From Rhodosorus marinus CCMP1338 (lineage: Eukaryota > Plantae > Rhodophyta), in assembly GCA_029953675.1 (NCBI GenBank), contig JAMWBK010000008.1, positions 1,674,001-1,738,000 on the forward strand: a DNA stretch of 64,000 nt, read 5' to 3'. The notes under the pieces are model-generated. The model was given only the letters and a program-made list of their open reading frames with translations. It searched no databases and was not told the origin of the DNA. Within the stretch, counting starts at the first letter, position 1. Every line of letters starts with the position of its first letter. This document shows positions 1-13,443 of this stretch, piece after piece. A program made the position numbers and the translations under genes.

Positions 1-468
1 AGTAAACAAGAGTTTTGGGAGGGGAGGGGGGTTTGGGTTGTTGGAGGAATTGTACGTAATTTGTTGACTGGGTTACCGAATCGATTCCCCTCCGAAAAGT
101 CGTTGTTTTTTTTCTTACCTTTCTCCTTTCATGGAAGCGGAAGCGACGTTGTTTGAGGGCGATGACACGCAATCCTGAGCCTGTGTTGAAGGGAATAGGG
201 GATTCCGGTTCGTGGAAGGGAATTGGGTGACTGGGTATTCGTTTCTTCTGGTTTCTTTAAGCTTGCGAAAATTCATTGCATGAGTGATTGAACGAAAGGA
301 TCGTTGAGTATAAATATGGCTCCGTATCGCTGCCTGGCTAATCGCGGAGGAGTCTTTCATGCAGAGCATAGCAGCCGACTCTTAGGTGACGGCTTCTGAA
401 GGGGACAGTGGAAGGCTAGTGTGAGAAAGGAAAGCGTGAGCTAGACGAAGGTTTTCCCCGGAGTGGCA

Positions 469-3400
469 ATGAAGGTTTCAACCGCAGTCTGCTTGGTGCT
501 TGTCGGACTATGCGGGTCCGCCCTGAGTGGACCTGTCGCTGCGCCGCTGAGCTCGAGACCTCAGAGCCCGCTATTACCATGCTCGGATTTTGCTGATAAT
601 TACGAGATTGTGAAGATCGGGGAGGATAACAACAGGTGCTACGATCTGCGCGTGGATGGAACCGGCGCCAAGGTCGGAACACTGTGTGTGAAAGTCAAGG
701 AGTTTCCCAACGGGAAAACTTGCATCCAGTTCTCATTTGCCGCCAAGCAAGGATGGGAATTCTACAAACTTGAGGCTGGCGCGGCGCAGGGATGCGCCCT
801 TAATCTGAGGACCGACCCCTTCCTGGTTTCTGCTGAGGGTTGGTTCACGTCGAAGAAACTCTACGTGTGTCTGAACAAGTTCCAGGCGTTCCCCGGACCA
901 AACGGAGATGGATGCTGCAACGGAACGCTTTGTCTCTACCCAGCCGTGAAGGCACGCAAGGGATCTAACTATGTCTACGTACTCCCCGAAATTGATGAGA
1001 ATGATTGCAAGCAAAAGAATGGTGACGAATTTGTTGGTTGCAGGGTTCCCTTGGTCTGCGAGACCCCAACACCCGAGCCGACTCCAACCCCCCCAATGGA
1101 ATTGCCATGCGAGGACTATGCGGATGAGTTTTCCAGTGTTGTGATTGGAAATGAAGAGAACAAGACATGCTTCCAGCTGCGCGCCAACGGAAATGCTAAT
1201 GGTGCCCGTGTCGGAACCTTGTGCCTGAGTGTGAGACCGGCTGGCGAGAAAACTTGCATCGTATTTTACTTCATCGCATTCGCCCCGTACATATTCAAGG
1301 ACGCGAAGGCAGGGTTAGCGCATGATTGTGCCGATGAAAACAAGTACCCCTTCAAGGTCGTGAAGACAGGTCCATTCAAGCTCGCGAAAATATACGTGTG
1401 CCTGAACAAGTTTAGCTCTCCGCCTGGAGTTGATAATGGAGGATGCTGCAATGAAGACATCTGTATGTTCTCGCAGGTAACTGCTCTAGACACGAGTTTG
1501 TATAATGCACAGAAGTTTAAGGCTTCTCCTAAGGACGGGGGGAAGGGTTGCGAAGAGACCGATAACGGTTTCGACACTCAATGTAATGTGCCGTTGATCT
1601 GCACTAACTCGACACCATCGCCGACACCATCGCCGACACCATCGCCGACGCCATCGCCGACGCCATCGCCGACGCCATCGCCGACGCCATCGCCGACGCC
1701 ATCGCCGACACCATCGCCGACGCCATCGCCGACGCCATCGCCGACACCATCACCGACGCCATCGCCGACGCCATCGCCGACGCCATCGCCGACGCCATCG
1801 CCGACACCATCGCCGACACCATCGCCGACGCCATCGCCGACACCATCGCCGACACCATCGCCAACGCCATCGCCAACGCCATCGCCGACACCATCGCCGA
1901 CACCATCGCCGACACCATCGCCGACACCATCGCCGACGCCATCGCCGACGCCATCGCCGACACCATCGCCGACGCCATCGCCAACGCCATCGCCGACGCC
2001 ATCGCCGACACCATCACCGACAGCACCACCAACCCCACCATGTGATGCGACCGATGTGGATTACTGCTTTTCGTTTGACTTCTCAAGCTCAATCTGGGAT
2101 CCGGTCAACGGTCTGAACGGAGGAGGAAGTACTGAGAAGTTAGAGTCGCAGAGGGAGCTGGTGTTGGGAGTCATGGACAGACTCGACACGCAGGACGTAA
2201 ATGGCCTTAACCGGTACGGATTTGTGATATTCGGAGGAAGTTCAGGAGGAAGTAACGAGAACAACGATACAATCGCAGATCTGTCCGAGAAGGTTGTGGA
2301 TCCTTTAACAGATTATGATACTGTTAAATCGGCGGTCGAGGCGTTGCAATCTCCTCCGTTGGTGCCTGAGAATCAGATCCCGGCCCAGAACACGAACATT
2401 GAGAAGGGTCTACGTTTCTGCGAGGAGATTCTGAACAGCAACGGCAATCAAAGAACGAGGGTTCTGATTCTGACGAGTGATGGAAGAGCGACGAGAGGCA
2501 ACGGTGCCGGTGATACCGACACTAACCCTGCTAATAATGACCTGGTTGCACAGGCGGTGGCAATCCAGAACAGTGGAATCATCATCGTAACTGCTGGGAC
2601 AACTGAAACGATTGACGCTCCATACTTGCCAGTATTTGATGCTCTGGCATCTTCTGGAGAAGCGATCGTGACGGAAAAACAAGAAGATTTCGATTTGTTA
2701 ATTGAGGATATTGTTGAGGCCATCTGCGGTGAACTGGAAACGCCGACACCATCGCCGACACCATCGCCGACACCATCGCCGACGCCATCGCCGACACCGT
2801 CACCGACACCGTCGCCGACACCGTCGCCGACACCGTCGCCGACACCGTCGCCGACGCCGTCACCGACACCGTCACCGACACCGTCACCGACGCCGTCACC
2901 GTCACCGACACCGTCACCGACACCGTCACCGACGCCGTCACCGACACCGTCACCGACGCCATCGCCGACGCCGTCACCGACGCCGTCACCGACGCCGTCA
3001 CCGACGCCGTCACCGACACCGTCACCGACACCGTCACCGACACCGTCACCGACACCGTCACCGACACCGTCACCGACACCATCGCCGACGCCATCGCCGA
3101 CACCGTCACCGACACCGTCACCGACACCATCGCCGACGGCACCACCAACCCCACCGTGTGATGCGACCGATGTGGATTACTGCTTTTCGTTTGACTTCTC
3201 AAGCTCAATCTGGGATCCGGTCAACGGTCTGAACGGAGGAGGAAGTACTGAGAAGTTAGAGTCGCAGAGGGAGCTGGTGTTGGGAGTCATGGACAGACTC
3301 GACACGCAGGACGTAAATGGCCTTAACCGGTACGGATTTGTGATATTCGGAGGAAGTTCAGGAGGAAGTAACGAGAACAACGATACAATCGCAGATCTGT

Positions 3401-5436
3401 CCGAGAAGGTTGTGGATCCTTTAACAGATTATGATACTGTTAAATCGGCGGTCGAGGCGTTGCAATCTCCTCCGTTGGTGCCTGAGAATCAGATCCCGGC
3501 CCAGAACACGAACATTGAGAAGGGTCTACGTTTCTGCGAGGAGATTCTGAACAGCAACGGCAATCAAAGAACGAGGGTTCTGATTCTGACGAGTGATGGA
3601 AGAGCGACGAGAGGCAACGGTGCCGGTGACACCGACACTAACCCTGCTAATAATGACCTGGTTGCACAGGCGGTGGCAATCCAGAACAGTGGAATCATCA
3701 TCGTAACTGCTGGGACAACTGAAACGATTGACGCTCCATACTTGCCAGTATTTGATGCTCTGGCATCTTCTGGAGAAGCGATCGTGACGGAAAAACAAGA
3801 AGATTTCGACTTGTTGGTTGAGGATATTGTTGAGGCCATCTGCGGTGAACTGGAAACGCCGACACCATCGCCGACACCATCGCCGACACCATCGCCGACA
3901 CCATCGCCGACACCATCGCCGACATCGTCACCGACACCGTCACCGACACCGTCGCCGACGGCACCGCCAACCCCACCGTGTGATGCGACCGATGTGGATT
4001 ACTGCTTTTCGTTTGACTTCTCAAGCTCAATCTGGGATCCGGTCAACGGTCTGAACGGAGGAGGAAGTACTGAGAAGTTAGAGTCGCAGAGGGAGCTGGT
4101 GTTGGGAGTCATGGACAGACTCGACACGCAGGACGTAAATGGCCTTAACCGGTACGGATTTGTGATATTCGGAGGAAGTTCAGGAGGAAGTAACGAGAAC
4201 AACGATACAATCGCAGATCTGTCCGAGAAGGTTGTGGATCCTTTAACAGATTATGATACTGTTAAATCGGCGGTCGAGGCGTTGCAATCTCCTCCGTTGG
4301 TGCCTGAGAATCAGATCCCGGCCCAGAACACGAACATTGAGAAGGGTCTACGTTTCTGCGAGGAGATTCTGAACAGCAACGGCAATCAAAGAACGAGGGT
4401 TCTGATTCTGACGAGTGATGGAAGAGCGACGAGAGGCAACGGTGCCGGTGACACCGACACTAACCCTGCTAATAATGACCTGGTCGCACAGGCGGTGGCA
4501 ATCCAGAACAGTGGAATCATCATCGTAACTGCTGGGACAACTGAAACGATTGACGCTCCATACTTGCCAGTATTTGATGCTCTGGCATCTTCTGGAGAAG
4601 CGATCGTGACGGAAAAACAAGAAGATTTCGACTTGTTGATTGAGGATATTGTTGAGGCCATCTGCGGTGAACTGGAAACGCCGACACCATCGCCGACGCC
4701 ATCGCCGACGGCACCACCAACCCCACCGTGTGATGCGACCGATGTGGATTACTGCTTTTCGTTTGACTTCTCAAGCTCAATCTGGGATCCAGTCAACGGT
4801 CTGAACGGAGGAGGAAGTACTGAGAAGTTAGAGTCGCAGAGGGAGCTGGTGTTGGGAGTCATGGACAGACTCGACACGCAGGACGTAAATGGCCTTAACC
4901 GGTACGGATTTGTGATATTCGGAGGAAGTTCAGGAGGAAGTAACGAGAACAACGATACAATCGCAGATCTGTCCGAGAAGGTTGTGGATCCTTTAACAGA
5001 TTATGATACTGTTAAATCGGCGGTCGAGGCGTTGCAATCTCCTCCGTTGGTGCCTGAGAATCAGATCCCGGCCCAGAACACGAACATTGAGAAGGGTCTA
5101 CGTTTCTGCGAGGAGATTCTGAACAGCAACGGCAATCAAAGAACGAGGGTTCTGATTCTGACGAGTGATGGAAGAGCGACGAGAGGCAACGGTGCCGGTG
5201 ACACCGACACTAACCCTGCTAATAATGACCTGGTTGCACAGGCGGTGGCAATCCAGAACAGTGGAATCATCATCGTAACTGCTGGGACAACTGAAACGAT
5301 TGACGCTCCATACTTGCCAGTATTTGATGCTCTGGCATCTTCTGGAGAAGCGATCGTGACGGAAAAACAAGAAGATTTCGACTTGTTGATTGAGGATATC
5401 GTCGAGGCCGTCTGCGGTGAACTGGAGGAACACTAA
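469..5436 (+). CDS. Secreted vWA-repeat adhesin/cell-wall protein: signal peptide, 2 Cys-rich domains, (SPTP)n linkers, 4 vWA domains
   Basis: Uninterrupted ORF (ATG 469; the ORF track starts at GTG 463). Hydrophobic N-terminus [20 protein letters not shown]. Each vWA has MIDAS DxSxS (FDFSSS), T (TNIEKGL) and D (LTSDG). Two 12-Cys domains precede the first linker. Confidence 0.92.
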   Translation: MKVSTAVCLVLVGLCGSALSGPVAAPLSSRPQSPLLPCSDFADNYEIVKIGEDNNRCYDLRVDGTGAKVGTLCVKVKEFPNGKTCIQFSFAAKQGWEFYKLEAGAAQGCALNLRTDPFLVSAEGWFTSKKLYVCLNKFQAFPGPNGDGCCNGTLCLYPAVKARKGSNYVYVLPEIDENDCKQKNGDEFVGCRVPLVCETPTPEPTPTPPMELPCEDYADEFSSVVIGNEENKTCFQLRANGNANGARVGTLCLSVRPAGEKTCIVFYFIAFAPYIFKDAKAGLAHDCADENKYPFKVVKTGPFKLAKIYVCLNKFSSPPGVDNGGCCNEDICMFSQVTALDTSLYNAQKFKASPKDGGKGCEETDNGFDTQCNVPLICTNSTPSPTPSPTPSPTPSPTPSPTPSPTPSPTPSPTPSPTPSPTPSPTPSPTPSPTPSPTPSPTPSPTPSPTPSPTPSPTPSPTPSPTPSPTPSPTPSPTPSPTPSPTPSPTPSPTPSPTPSPTPSPTPSPTPSPTPSPTAPPTPPCDATDVDYCFSFDFSSSIWDPVNGLNGGGSTEKLESQRELVLGVMDRLDTQDVNGLNRYGFVIFGGSSGGSNENNDTIADLSEKVVDPLTDYDTVKSAVEALQSPPLVPENQIPAQNTNIEKGLRFCEEILNSNGNQRTRVLILTSDGRATRGNGAGDTDTNPANNDLVAQAVAIQNSGIIIVTAGTTETIDAPYLPVFDALASSGEAIVTEKQEDFDLLIEDIVEAICGELETPTPSPTPSPTPSPTPSPTPSPTPSPTPSPTPSPTPSPTPSPTPSPTPSPTPSPSPTPSPTPSPTPSPTPSPTPSPTPSPTPSPTPSPTPSPTPSPTPSPTPSPTPSPTPSPTPSPTPSPTPSPTPSPTPSPTAPPTPPCDATDVDYCFSFDFSSSIWDPVNGLNGGGSTEKLESQRELVLGVMDRLDTQDVNGLNRYGFVIFGGSSGGSNENNDTIADLSEKVVDPLTDYDTVKSAVEALQSPPLVPENQIPAQNTNIEKGLRFCEEILNSNGNQRTRVLILTSDGRATRGNGAGDTDTNPANNDLVAQAVAIQNSGIIIVTAGTTETIDAPYLPVFDALASSGEAIVTEKQEDFDLLVEDIVEAICGELETPTPSPTPSPTPSPTPSPTPSPTSSPTPSPTPSPTAPPTPPCDATDVDYCFSFDFSSSIWDPVNGLNGGGSTEKLESQRELVLGVMDRLDTQDVNGLNRYGFVIFGGSSGGSNENNDTIADLSEKVVDPLTDYDTVKSAVEALQSPPLVPENQIPAQNTNIEKGLRFCEEILNSNGNQRTRVLILTSDGRATRGNGAGDTDTNPANNDLVAQAVAIQNSGIIIVTAGTTETIDAPYLPVFDALASSGEAIVTEKQEDFDLLIEDIVEAICGELETPTPSPTPSPTAPPTPPCDATDVDYCFSFDFSSSIWDPVNGLNGGGSTEKLESQRELVLGVMDRLDTQDVNGLNRYGFVIFGGSSGGSNENNDTIADLSEKVVDPLTDYDTVKSAVEALQSPPLVPENQIPAQNTNIEKGLRFCEEILNSNGNQRTRVLILTSDGRATRGNGAGDTDTNPANNDLVAQAVAIQNSGIIIVTAGTTETIDAPYLPVFDALASSGEAIVTEKQEDFDLLIEDIVEAVCGELEEH
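1609..2022 (+). repeat. 12-bp coding minisatellite CCGAC(A/G)CC(A/G)TC(G/A) encoding Ser-Pro-Thr-Pro; further arrays at ~2740-3138, ~3859-3960, ~4681-4710
   Basis: Read directly; roughly 34, 33, 8 and 2-3 units in the four linkers. Confidence 0.95.
2023..5433 (+). repeat. Four near-identical ~710-bp vWA-coding units
   Basis: Units begin at CCACCAACCCCACC(A/G)TGTGATGCGACCGATGTG (~2027, ~3143, ~3965, ~4715). Only a few substitutions visible between copies. Confidence 0.95.
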
Positions 5437-5769
5437 ATACTAAAACTTTGAAGTAAAATAATTGGAAGTCATTGATTATTTACTAGATTGATAGCGTTGA
5501 ATTAAAATCCGTTATTCGGCTTCATGAGAATTGAAGATGCTCCAAGTAGCACAAACCAACAATTCACTTCGTAAAGTTCCAACGATGATAGATAAACACC
5601 TTGTAGAGCTAAGGGCGCCTTGCAACCGGCCGTATGTAGGCTTCGAAGCGTGAGCAACATTCTGCACATGAGAACCTAGTGTTTCAAGTTTGGCCATCTG
5701 ACTTCTCTGGGGTCGCAATGACCAGAGGAACAAGGCGATGAGTTTTTAGAGCCTAAGCACAAATGCCCA

Positions 5770-6610
5770 CCTACGTATTTCAACTCGTTGCGACGTCTCC
5801 TACTGGCAACGGACCCCCCCCCGTGTTGGAACTGGAAGTTCTTACAGAACTGTAGAGACCCGTGGAGGCGCATACACTGTTACCGTTTACTCGATCTAAG
5901 TCCATTGACTTAGATCGTTTGTCGAGTAATACGGTTGCTTCTCCTTCATTCGATTGAGGAAAACGTTCACATCTATCCAGCGCGAAAAAAACCCATGTTT
6001 TTTTCATACTATTTTCTGGTGATCTCGTCTTCGTCCCATTGATCGTCCTGTTGACTATGTTGCTATTTCTTCCATGGTTCCGTCTCCTTTCCAACATTAA
6101 AGCAGCGTTCAGACGCCACAGCAAGAAACTTAAACGGGTAAACAACGAGGACAGACGGTCAGGACGTTCACGGACCAATTCCCGAAGCCAACGAGAACCA
6201 ACGGAATCCATAAACCCAAAGCTCTCAATCACCAGAGGTACCAGGCGATGAGCTAGAGCCGAAGCACGAATGCCTGCTGAAGACAAGGCACCTGCATATT
6301 TCAACTCTTTGCGACGTCTCATACTGGCAGCGGCAAATCCACGGCGCTCTCCCGCAGCCAGCAAATAGCGACTAGCCTGAGGGTCAGGAACGGCAAGATT
6401 AACGTACGTCGTATGGCGGCTAAGCACGACTACCTGCTGAAGACAAGGCACCTGCACATTTCAACTCTTTGCGACGTCTCATACTGGCAGCGGCAAATCC
6501 ACGGCGCTCTCCCGCAGCCAGCAAATAGCGACTAGCCTGAGGGTCAGGAACGGCAAGATCAACGTACGTCGTATGGCGGCTATCGTCACAGGTGACCACG
6601 AGGTAATTTG
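5770..6610 (-). mobile_element. CRE-like family A RLE fragments, tandemly stacked
   Basis: TYVDLAVPDP..RRKELKY..HRLVPLVIESFG..LSFLLWRLNAALMLE. Segment 6285-6420 is duplicated at 6435-6590. Confidence 0.82.
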
Positions 6611-7254
6611 ATGCACTTGAGAACAACACGTATTTTGAATAAAACGTAATTCCGATCAACCACAAACACTGCCGATACTTTCTCACCTGAGCTTTTGCTT
6701 TTGGTTAGAGGCTGTGGACGGAGGGGAAAGGTCCTACTGCTGACACGTTTGTGCTCTCCGTATCGATAACATCATTCCCAAAGATGGGGAGGGGGAGGTG
6801 AGTTGGGTCGATAAAGAATTGGATCGCTACACACAGGGCAGAAGTTTCGATGGACTTATCTGACGACCAAATGGAGGGAGAAATATCTTGTTTTTGGCGT
6901 TCGTGTAGTAAAGAAATTTTGCGTAAGATTTGGTAGCGCGAGGAGAGGGCGTAAACCTGTTGAGTTGAAGATGTTTCGAAACAAACGTGTCTTAATCTTT
7001 TTGAAGAAGAGAGTTATCAAAAAGGCAGACAGTTTTTTTATGCTATTTCTGTTTCCACTTTCAAGGTGCAGACTTCAATGCGGGTTGTAGATAAGTTCGA
7101 AAATCCCACGGAGTAGTGCTCAGTGGCGACTCCAAAGAGGCAAGTGCTCGAGCATAGGACCCCCAATATTGAAAGGGAGCGGCATTCCTTCAACGGCGAC
7201 CGCTAGGTTTTATGTCCTGTGGACCTCCAAATTTGAAAGGGAGGGCATTCTTTC

Positions 7255-8658
7255 AAGGCGCCTTTAGCTCTAAGGTGTGTAACTCTCATCGAAGAATAGT
7301 TGTGGGTTTTTGCCTCGCTACTAGGAGCATCTTCAATTCTCATGAAGCCAATTTACTGATTTTAATTCATTGGCTATCAATCCAGTAAGCAATAAATCAC
7401 TTCCAATTATTGTACTTCGAGATTTAGGTTTAGTTTCTAGTTCACTGCAGGCGATACCCTCAATCACCAATTCGAAATCTTCGCATTTTTCCGTCCCGCA
7501 TTCTCTTATGGTATCGGCGTCGGCGTCGGTGTTTCCAAACCATCGCAGAGGTCCTCGATGATTTCCTCAATCAGCAATTCGAAGTCTTCTTGTTTTTCGG
7601 TCACAATCGTTTTTCCATTCGATGACAGGGCATCGAACACTGACAAGTATGCATCGTCAATCGTTTCAGTTGTCGCCGCTGTTACGATGATGATTCCACT
7701 CTCCTGAATTGCTAAAGCCTGTGCCACAAGCGCATTATCATTCGGACTGGTGCTGGTATTGTTGCGACCTTTGCCTCTGGTCGCCCGCCCATCGCTCGTC
7801 AGAATCAGGACCTTGGATCTTGTGTTATTGTTCTCGTTGAGAATTTCCTCGCAGAACCGCAGACCCTTCTCAATATTCGTGTTCTGCACCACGATGTCGT
7901 TCTCAGGTACTAACGCTGGAGACTGCAATGTTAAGACCGCCTCAACAACGACATTTGAACTCGTCAACGGATCAACAACCTTCGTTGACAAATCCGGGCG
8001 TGTATCGTTAAGCTCACTGGTTCCTCCCGAACTTCCTCCGAATATCACAAACCCGTACCGGTTGAGGCCCTGGACGTCCTGTACGGCGAGTCTCTCTATG
8101 ACCCCTACCACCAGCTCCTTCTGCGAATCAAACTTCTCCGTGCTTCCTCCACCGTTCAAACCGTTGATCGGGTCCCAGATCGAGCTTGAATAATCGAACG
8201 AAAAACAGTAATCCACGTCCCTTGCGTCGCACGGTGGGGTTGGCGGCAAAGTCGGCGTCGACGTTGGCGTCGATGTTGGCGTCGACGTTGGCGTCGATGT
8301 TGGCGTCGATGTTGGCGTCGATGTTGGCGTCGATGTTGCCGTCGATGTTGCCGTCGGTGTTGCCGTCGGGTTCGTGCAGATTAAGGGCACATTGCATTTA
8401 GTTTTTATTTCCTTCGACAAAACAAAATAAATTCCTTCGGCACGTGCTCAGGATTGCCTGTCATCCCCCTAAAACAACATCGGTTCCGCTCCATGAAAGG
8501 AGAAAGGTAAAGAAAAAAGCGAGAATTCGGAGAGGTCCCGATCTTCAACGGCACACTCCATTCACTTCCAGCAACCCACCCTCCCAGCCCCTACCACCAC
8601 CGCATCTATCCCCAGCCCCCCCTCCCCTGTCAGCTGTCAGGCCAAAATCTTGTTTAGT
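7255..8658 (-). pseudogene. Inverted, doubly deleted paralog of the vWA adhesin
   Basis: ORF 7506-8420 encodes CNVPLIC, a TPTS linker and one vWA (FDYSSS). 8430-8658 is reverse-complement homologous to the upstream region 1-195. 7255-7490 is homologous to the last vWA tail and 3' flank 5360-5623. No ATG or signal peptide. Confidence 0.8.
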
Positions 8659-9084
8659 GCTTGTTTTTGAGGGTCTTTCTCGTCCATTTCTGGAACCCTC
8701 TCAACAATTAATATTCGATGACAACTCCAAACACATTTTCTCATTGGACGAAAGAATCTAAATCTTACATTTAAACTAGACCCAAGGAGAACTCTCAACC
8801 CCATCCCCTGCTTCTGCGGACAAACTTCCCGCAACTCCAAAGATAAATCATCTCTTTTTCTTCTCTGAAGCAATTCAGAGAAGGTTTTGGTTTTGGGACG
8901 GCTTCCAAGCTGGAGACGTTGACGATAGGTCGGCAGTGGTAGGGATGATGGCTACATCCACAGCACCCCTCCATGCCCACCGCACCGGATTCTTACCCAT
9001 TGGAGTTAGCCGGGCTTAAGCGCATGTTGACCAGATCGAAAATCCGAGGGGGAGGTAGCTTCCATACGAGGCCGATGCAAGTGG

Positions 9085-9575
9085 TGGTTTTACTGTTTTT
9101 TATTAGCATAGCCTAATGCGCTATGCAAGGCGCGAAAAGGAACTAAGAACTAGGTAGGGAAGCGTGCAAACCCAGGTGCCGATGGCGCGCCTCGGCAAGC
9201 ATGCTGCTAGAATATCGCCACAGAGAGACACTTTAACGGCGTAAGAGTTCCAAGTATTCGGTAGGATGTCAGCGAAACATTTCCGCAACCACTCCAAACC
9301 CGACTTCTCCACGTGACCAAAGCTTTCCACAATGAAAGGCTGGAACCGGTGCCAGCGACCCTCTGCGCAAGGCAGACTGGCCATACTCTCAGCATACCGT
9401 CGTTCCTTCACTCGACGAAGGGCCGATGCGACTGCCTCCCGGCGGCGTGCGGGCAGTGGTTTTACTAGGATAGCCTGATGCGCTACGCAAGATGTAGGAG
9501 GCTTGGGGGAAAACAGGGTCCGAAGATGGGTAGTAGTTCCAGTATTTTGGAGTTTCTTAGTCCGGGGCATGTTGT
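9085..9575 (-). mobile_element. CRE-like family B tandem 3' fragments
   Basis: HRFQPFIVESFGHVEKSGLEWLRKCF; two termini GCTAT(G/C)CTA..AGTAAAACCAC. Confidence 0.8.
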
Positions 9576-10289
9576 CTTGAGCGCCCTTGAAACCCCAAAA
9601 AAGAAAAGCCGCAAAATTGCTCGCTTTGTTTAAGGTGGTTAGAGGAAACAGTTAATTTGTACAGTAAACGCGAACGCGCCCTTCGTGTTCCCAATCAACA
9701 CGACCGCAAGGAATAATATCCTGACGTTAGACTCGAGAGCGGGCGGTGGTCGGTCGTGTGATGGCCAAAATGGAATAACTGGAGGAATCTGGAGGAGCCC
9801 CTTGTGATCCGCTGGATCGAGTTGGATATTATCTCAAACAAGGCAATTGCTGTCGGTTGAAAGGAAGGTGTGCATACTTTTACCAATTGACCTCCTTTTG
9901 CCCAAAATACGGGACGGGTTTCTTCAGCTTTTGCATGAGCGTTCGGCTGACGTGGTTCCAACAGATTATGAGTCCAGCTCACTGTCTGGGAGCTGCGTGA
10001 ACTAAGAAGATGAGGATGAACTGAATTTTAGAGAATTTTAATGGTTTGGGAAGGTCCTTGGCAAAGGAACTCATCTAGCAATGCTTGTACTGAAGCGAAG
10101 AACCGGATGTGCAGGTTTCGTGGAGCATGATCATGATAGCTAACCGGACGCAGAGAGTCTACGAACTCAGGCGAAGCAAGACTTCAAAGACTCATGGAGG
10201 AAGAAGACAAAGACTGTGCTAGGCAGAGAACCAAAAACCAGCCCAACCCAGCACCATACACCCACACAAACCAAAACTCCGGAGCTGTT

Positions 10290-10672
10290 CCTAAGGCTAG
10301 TCGTTATTTGCTGGCTGCGGGAGAGCGCCGTGGATTTGCCCCTGCCAGTATGAGACGTCGAAAAGAGTTGAAATATGCGGGGCCTTTGTCTTCCGCAGGC
10401 ATTCGTGCTTCGGCTCTAGCTCATCGCCTGGTACCTCTGGTCATTGAGTGATTTAGGTTTCTAGATTCCGTTGGTTCCCGTTTGCTCCTAGAGTTGTTCC
10501 GTGAACACCCTGACCGTCTCTGCTCGTCGTTTACCCGTTTAAGTTTAGCCTGTGGCGTACGAACCCTGCTCTGATGTTGGAGGCGCGCGGTCTTCGCCGC
10601 GCGTAGCCTTTCTTTCCCCTCGGGGTTGGTTTCTTTCGCTCTCCGATTAAGCAAAAATTCATTCATTTAAAA
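10290..10672 (+). mobile_element. CRE-like family A 3' fragment with terminus
   Basis: Same RLE peptide; ends CTCCGATTAAGCAAAAATTCATTCATTT. Confidence 0.8.
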
Positions 10673-11014
10673 CATGTTAGATGTGAAGAGTATCGAATAT
10701 AGAAAAATCATGAAATTTAGAGCGACAGGCTGTCACGATCATAAATGATCACTATTCAACACCGAAAGGATCTATCCATCCACTCCAACGGGATTGCTAG
10801 CGCCAATCACGCGTACCGAAATTATTCTTTCATCCAATCGACGGTGGCCACCATTATCCCTGCATATAGATGAATCATAAAAAAAAATTAAGTTGGACAG
10901 TCTGTACAACTCGGAAATGATCAGTATTCAATATCAGACCAAGAAAACCCCAAATAGCACTTTCGGAGAATCTCGTTTTTGGGACGTTTGATACTGTGAC
11001 TGCCTCCAAGTGAG

Positions 11015-11037
11015 CTCTCTCTCTCTCTCTCTCTCTC
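11015..11037 (+). repeat. (CT)n microsatellite upstream of the first GT25 gene
   Basis: Read directly. Confidence 0.9.
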
Positions 11038-11400
11038 ACGACTGCATGCATCTCTTTGAGTTTTACTCATCTGGCACGGTAACGCTGTCGTTCGGGGGAC
11101 GGGGTTGAGACTAAAACGGATCTGATCTCTTTCCCAAGCTAGAAAAGCTGGCGTGCTCTAATCCTTTTTGGGACGTATTTCACGTTGCGGCCACGAGCGG
11201 TGTGGACGTGAAGGGAGTGGGGGGGAGAGAGAAAAGAAGAACAGTGAGTCTAGAGGGGAAAATCCAACCTGGAAAGGAAGAACATGGAGGAATCCAGAAT
11301 AGGCCGGTTAGAAGGCGTAGATTTTTAAGGTCTTATCTGGAGGGGAAGACGCACGGGTTGGTCTGTGGTACTTGAACTTGACGTCTTGAGAGTGAAAAAC

Positions 11401-12784
11401 ATGATGGTTCGGAAGGGTGGGACTCGCCTGGATAAGGTTCTTCGCCAAAAGTATCCCTACTGGGTGATGGTGATCGGTTTTTTTATGGGATTTGTCTCAA
11501 GTTGGGCGCTGATTCTCGGTTTGAAGCGAGGTGGGACATCGCCCGTCTATTCCTTCTCGCCCTCGTCCTCCGCTAGGGTGGGAAATTTCTCTGCAACTGG
11601 GTTTGCCAACGCCGTTGACAAAGTTTATGTGATCAATAGGGATGTGTAAGTGGCTTCCTTCTAGTTCTCACGCGGCTGGTTCATTCCCTCGAGCTTACCA
11701 TTCTTTTGGGGGGACGTTTTTTTGGGGGGGTGGGGGCCCAGATGCACGGATCGCTGGGAGACATCGAAGAGATTCGCAGAAGCGATTGGCGTGGAGCTGA
11801 CTCGATTCAAGGCCTACGAACCGACGAGCGAGGAGCTTCTCAACCCGCCGGACGGGATCTCCGTCCGCGGACTGAAACACGATTTCCTCACGACGGGGAT
11901 GCTGGGAGTGTACATATCCCACCGCCGGATTTGGAGGCTGGTCGTCGAGAACAACTTCGAAAAAGTTATGGTGCTCGAAGATGACGTCTTTCCAACCAAC
12001 CAGACCTGGCTACACCTGCCAGGATTGCTCCAACATGCTGACGAAGCACAAGAGGTAAAACTTTCATATTGCTCCGAGGTTTCCCCACATACCAGGCGAT
12101 TGTAGCCTCTTATCAGACACTATCTTCTCAACAAGCGCCTCTCTGCTGTTCATTCAACCTTTTAGTTCCACAAGAAGTCCTGGCACTATATGTTCCTACG
12201 TCGAAATGCTTTGGGCAACGTGAAGAAGGAGAAGACTTGGAGCCTGAGCCCACTCGGCCACCCTGTCACCATCGCTACACCGAGCTGGGGTACGGCGGCG
12301 TACATCATCAGTCTTGCGGGCGCACGCTATCTGTGGAGCGCGAGTAAGGAAGGCCAGTACCCTCTGGACGTCCAGATTGCTGACATCCAGAAGAGAAATG
12401 AGGACGATTTTGTCACTCTCAGCGCATGCTGGAACGACCAGTTCCAACCCAGATGTCCAGAGACCGTCTTCAAGTTTGAGAAAGAGGATCAAGGAGATTG
12501 TAAAAGAAGTGGTAATGATCAACGTTGACAAGGCTGAACGGGAGGATGGAAACGGCCTCCGTCGTGGATCAGTTGAACTGATTATGGACGAGGACGATTT
12601 CATCCTTTGAGGATCGAGCCGCGAGAAACAGAGGCTCTTTTCAACCCCCGGAGGACGATCTCCTAGTAGGATTTCACTGACTTTGTTGGTTTTCGTTGCT
12701 TCTTGTTCAGGTACTCAGGCGGGTTCGAGGATAACGAGAGCGACTTTGAAGGAGAAGCTTAGAGAATTGGATGCCAAGTTGTGA
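11401..12784 (+). CDS. GT25-family glycosyltransferase, type II membrane; exons 11401-11645, 11742-12054, 12166-12511, 12711-12784
   Basis: N-terminal TM helix, then DKVYVIN..DRW, LGVYISHRRIW, VMVLEDD, WGTAAYIIS, PLDVQ. GT-AG introns splice in frame and match the paralog's intron positions. Confidence 0.88.
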
Positions 12785-13443
12785 ACCTCGTTCAGAAGAG
12801 GCAGCAGGACGTCGAATGGACATGGCATAGCTTCTCTCACGGAGAGGGGGTGACGGATACTCTAAACCCTTTCCAAAAGGATCCGCCGGCAGAGAAGAAC
12901 CGAAAGCGATCAGAGGCGTGAGCGCCTGGAGAAGCGCCGTTGGTTCCTAACCGTTGTCGGCAAAATAAGAGTCGGCTCTGAGACTATATTCTGGATTCCT
13001 AGCCATAGGTTTTCATAATCTGACCGGGACGATCCTCGGGATGGGATGGTCAATTGTCCAAAGGTTTTCCGTAAACTTTTGCTGGCGTCGGGCGTTAGGA
13101 AGGGAGGTTCTGGCAGGCAGGCGCTTTAGAATGCTGGGTAGATATCTGGTTGTTGCAATCAGACATCGTTGACCAACTCGCCGAGGGGCTGACCGCTTGA
13201 TGGACTGGACTCGCTCTGGTGTGGTGGTAGTGAGCGCATGAATGGACGATTGAAGCGAGAGGATCTAGCGGCTTCGTAGAGATCCTGCGGGGTTGAGAGT
13301 TTTCAGAGACGTTTCTCCTCGGAGTACCAGGCATCGCTGGATCAGATGTGAAGAGCGGTTTTGTGGTATCGTGTTGTTCTGGTAAAATTTCTGTTCATGT
13401 ACTTTTTTACTATGTTAGGAATGGCTACAGGTTTTGTGTTCCT

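Noticed and set aside
1604-4780. Antisense and alternate-frame ORFs ([12 protein letters not shown] repeats)
   Set aside because: By-products of the 12-bp SPTP minisatellite, which has no stops in those frames.
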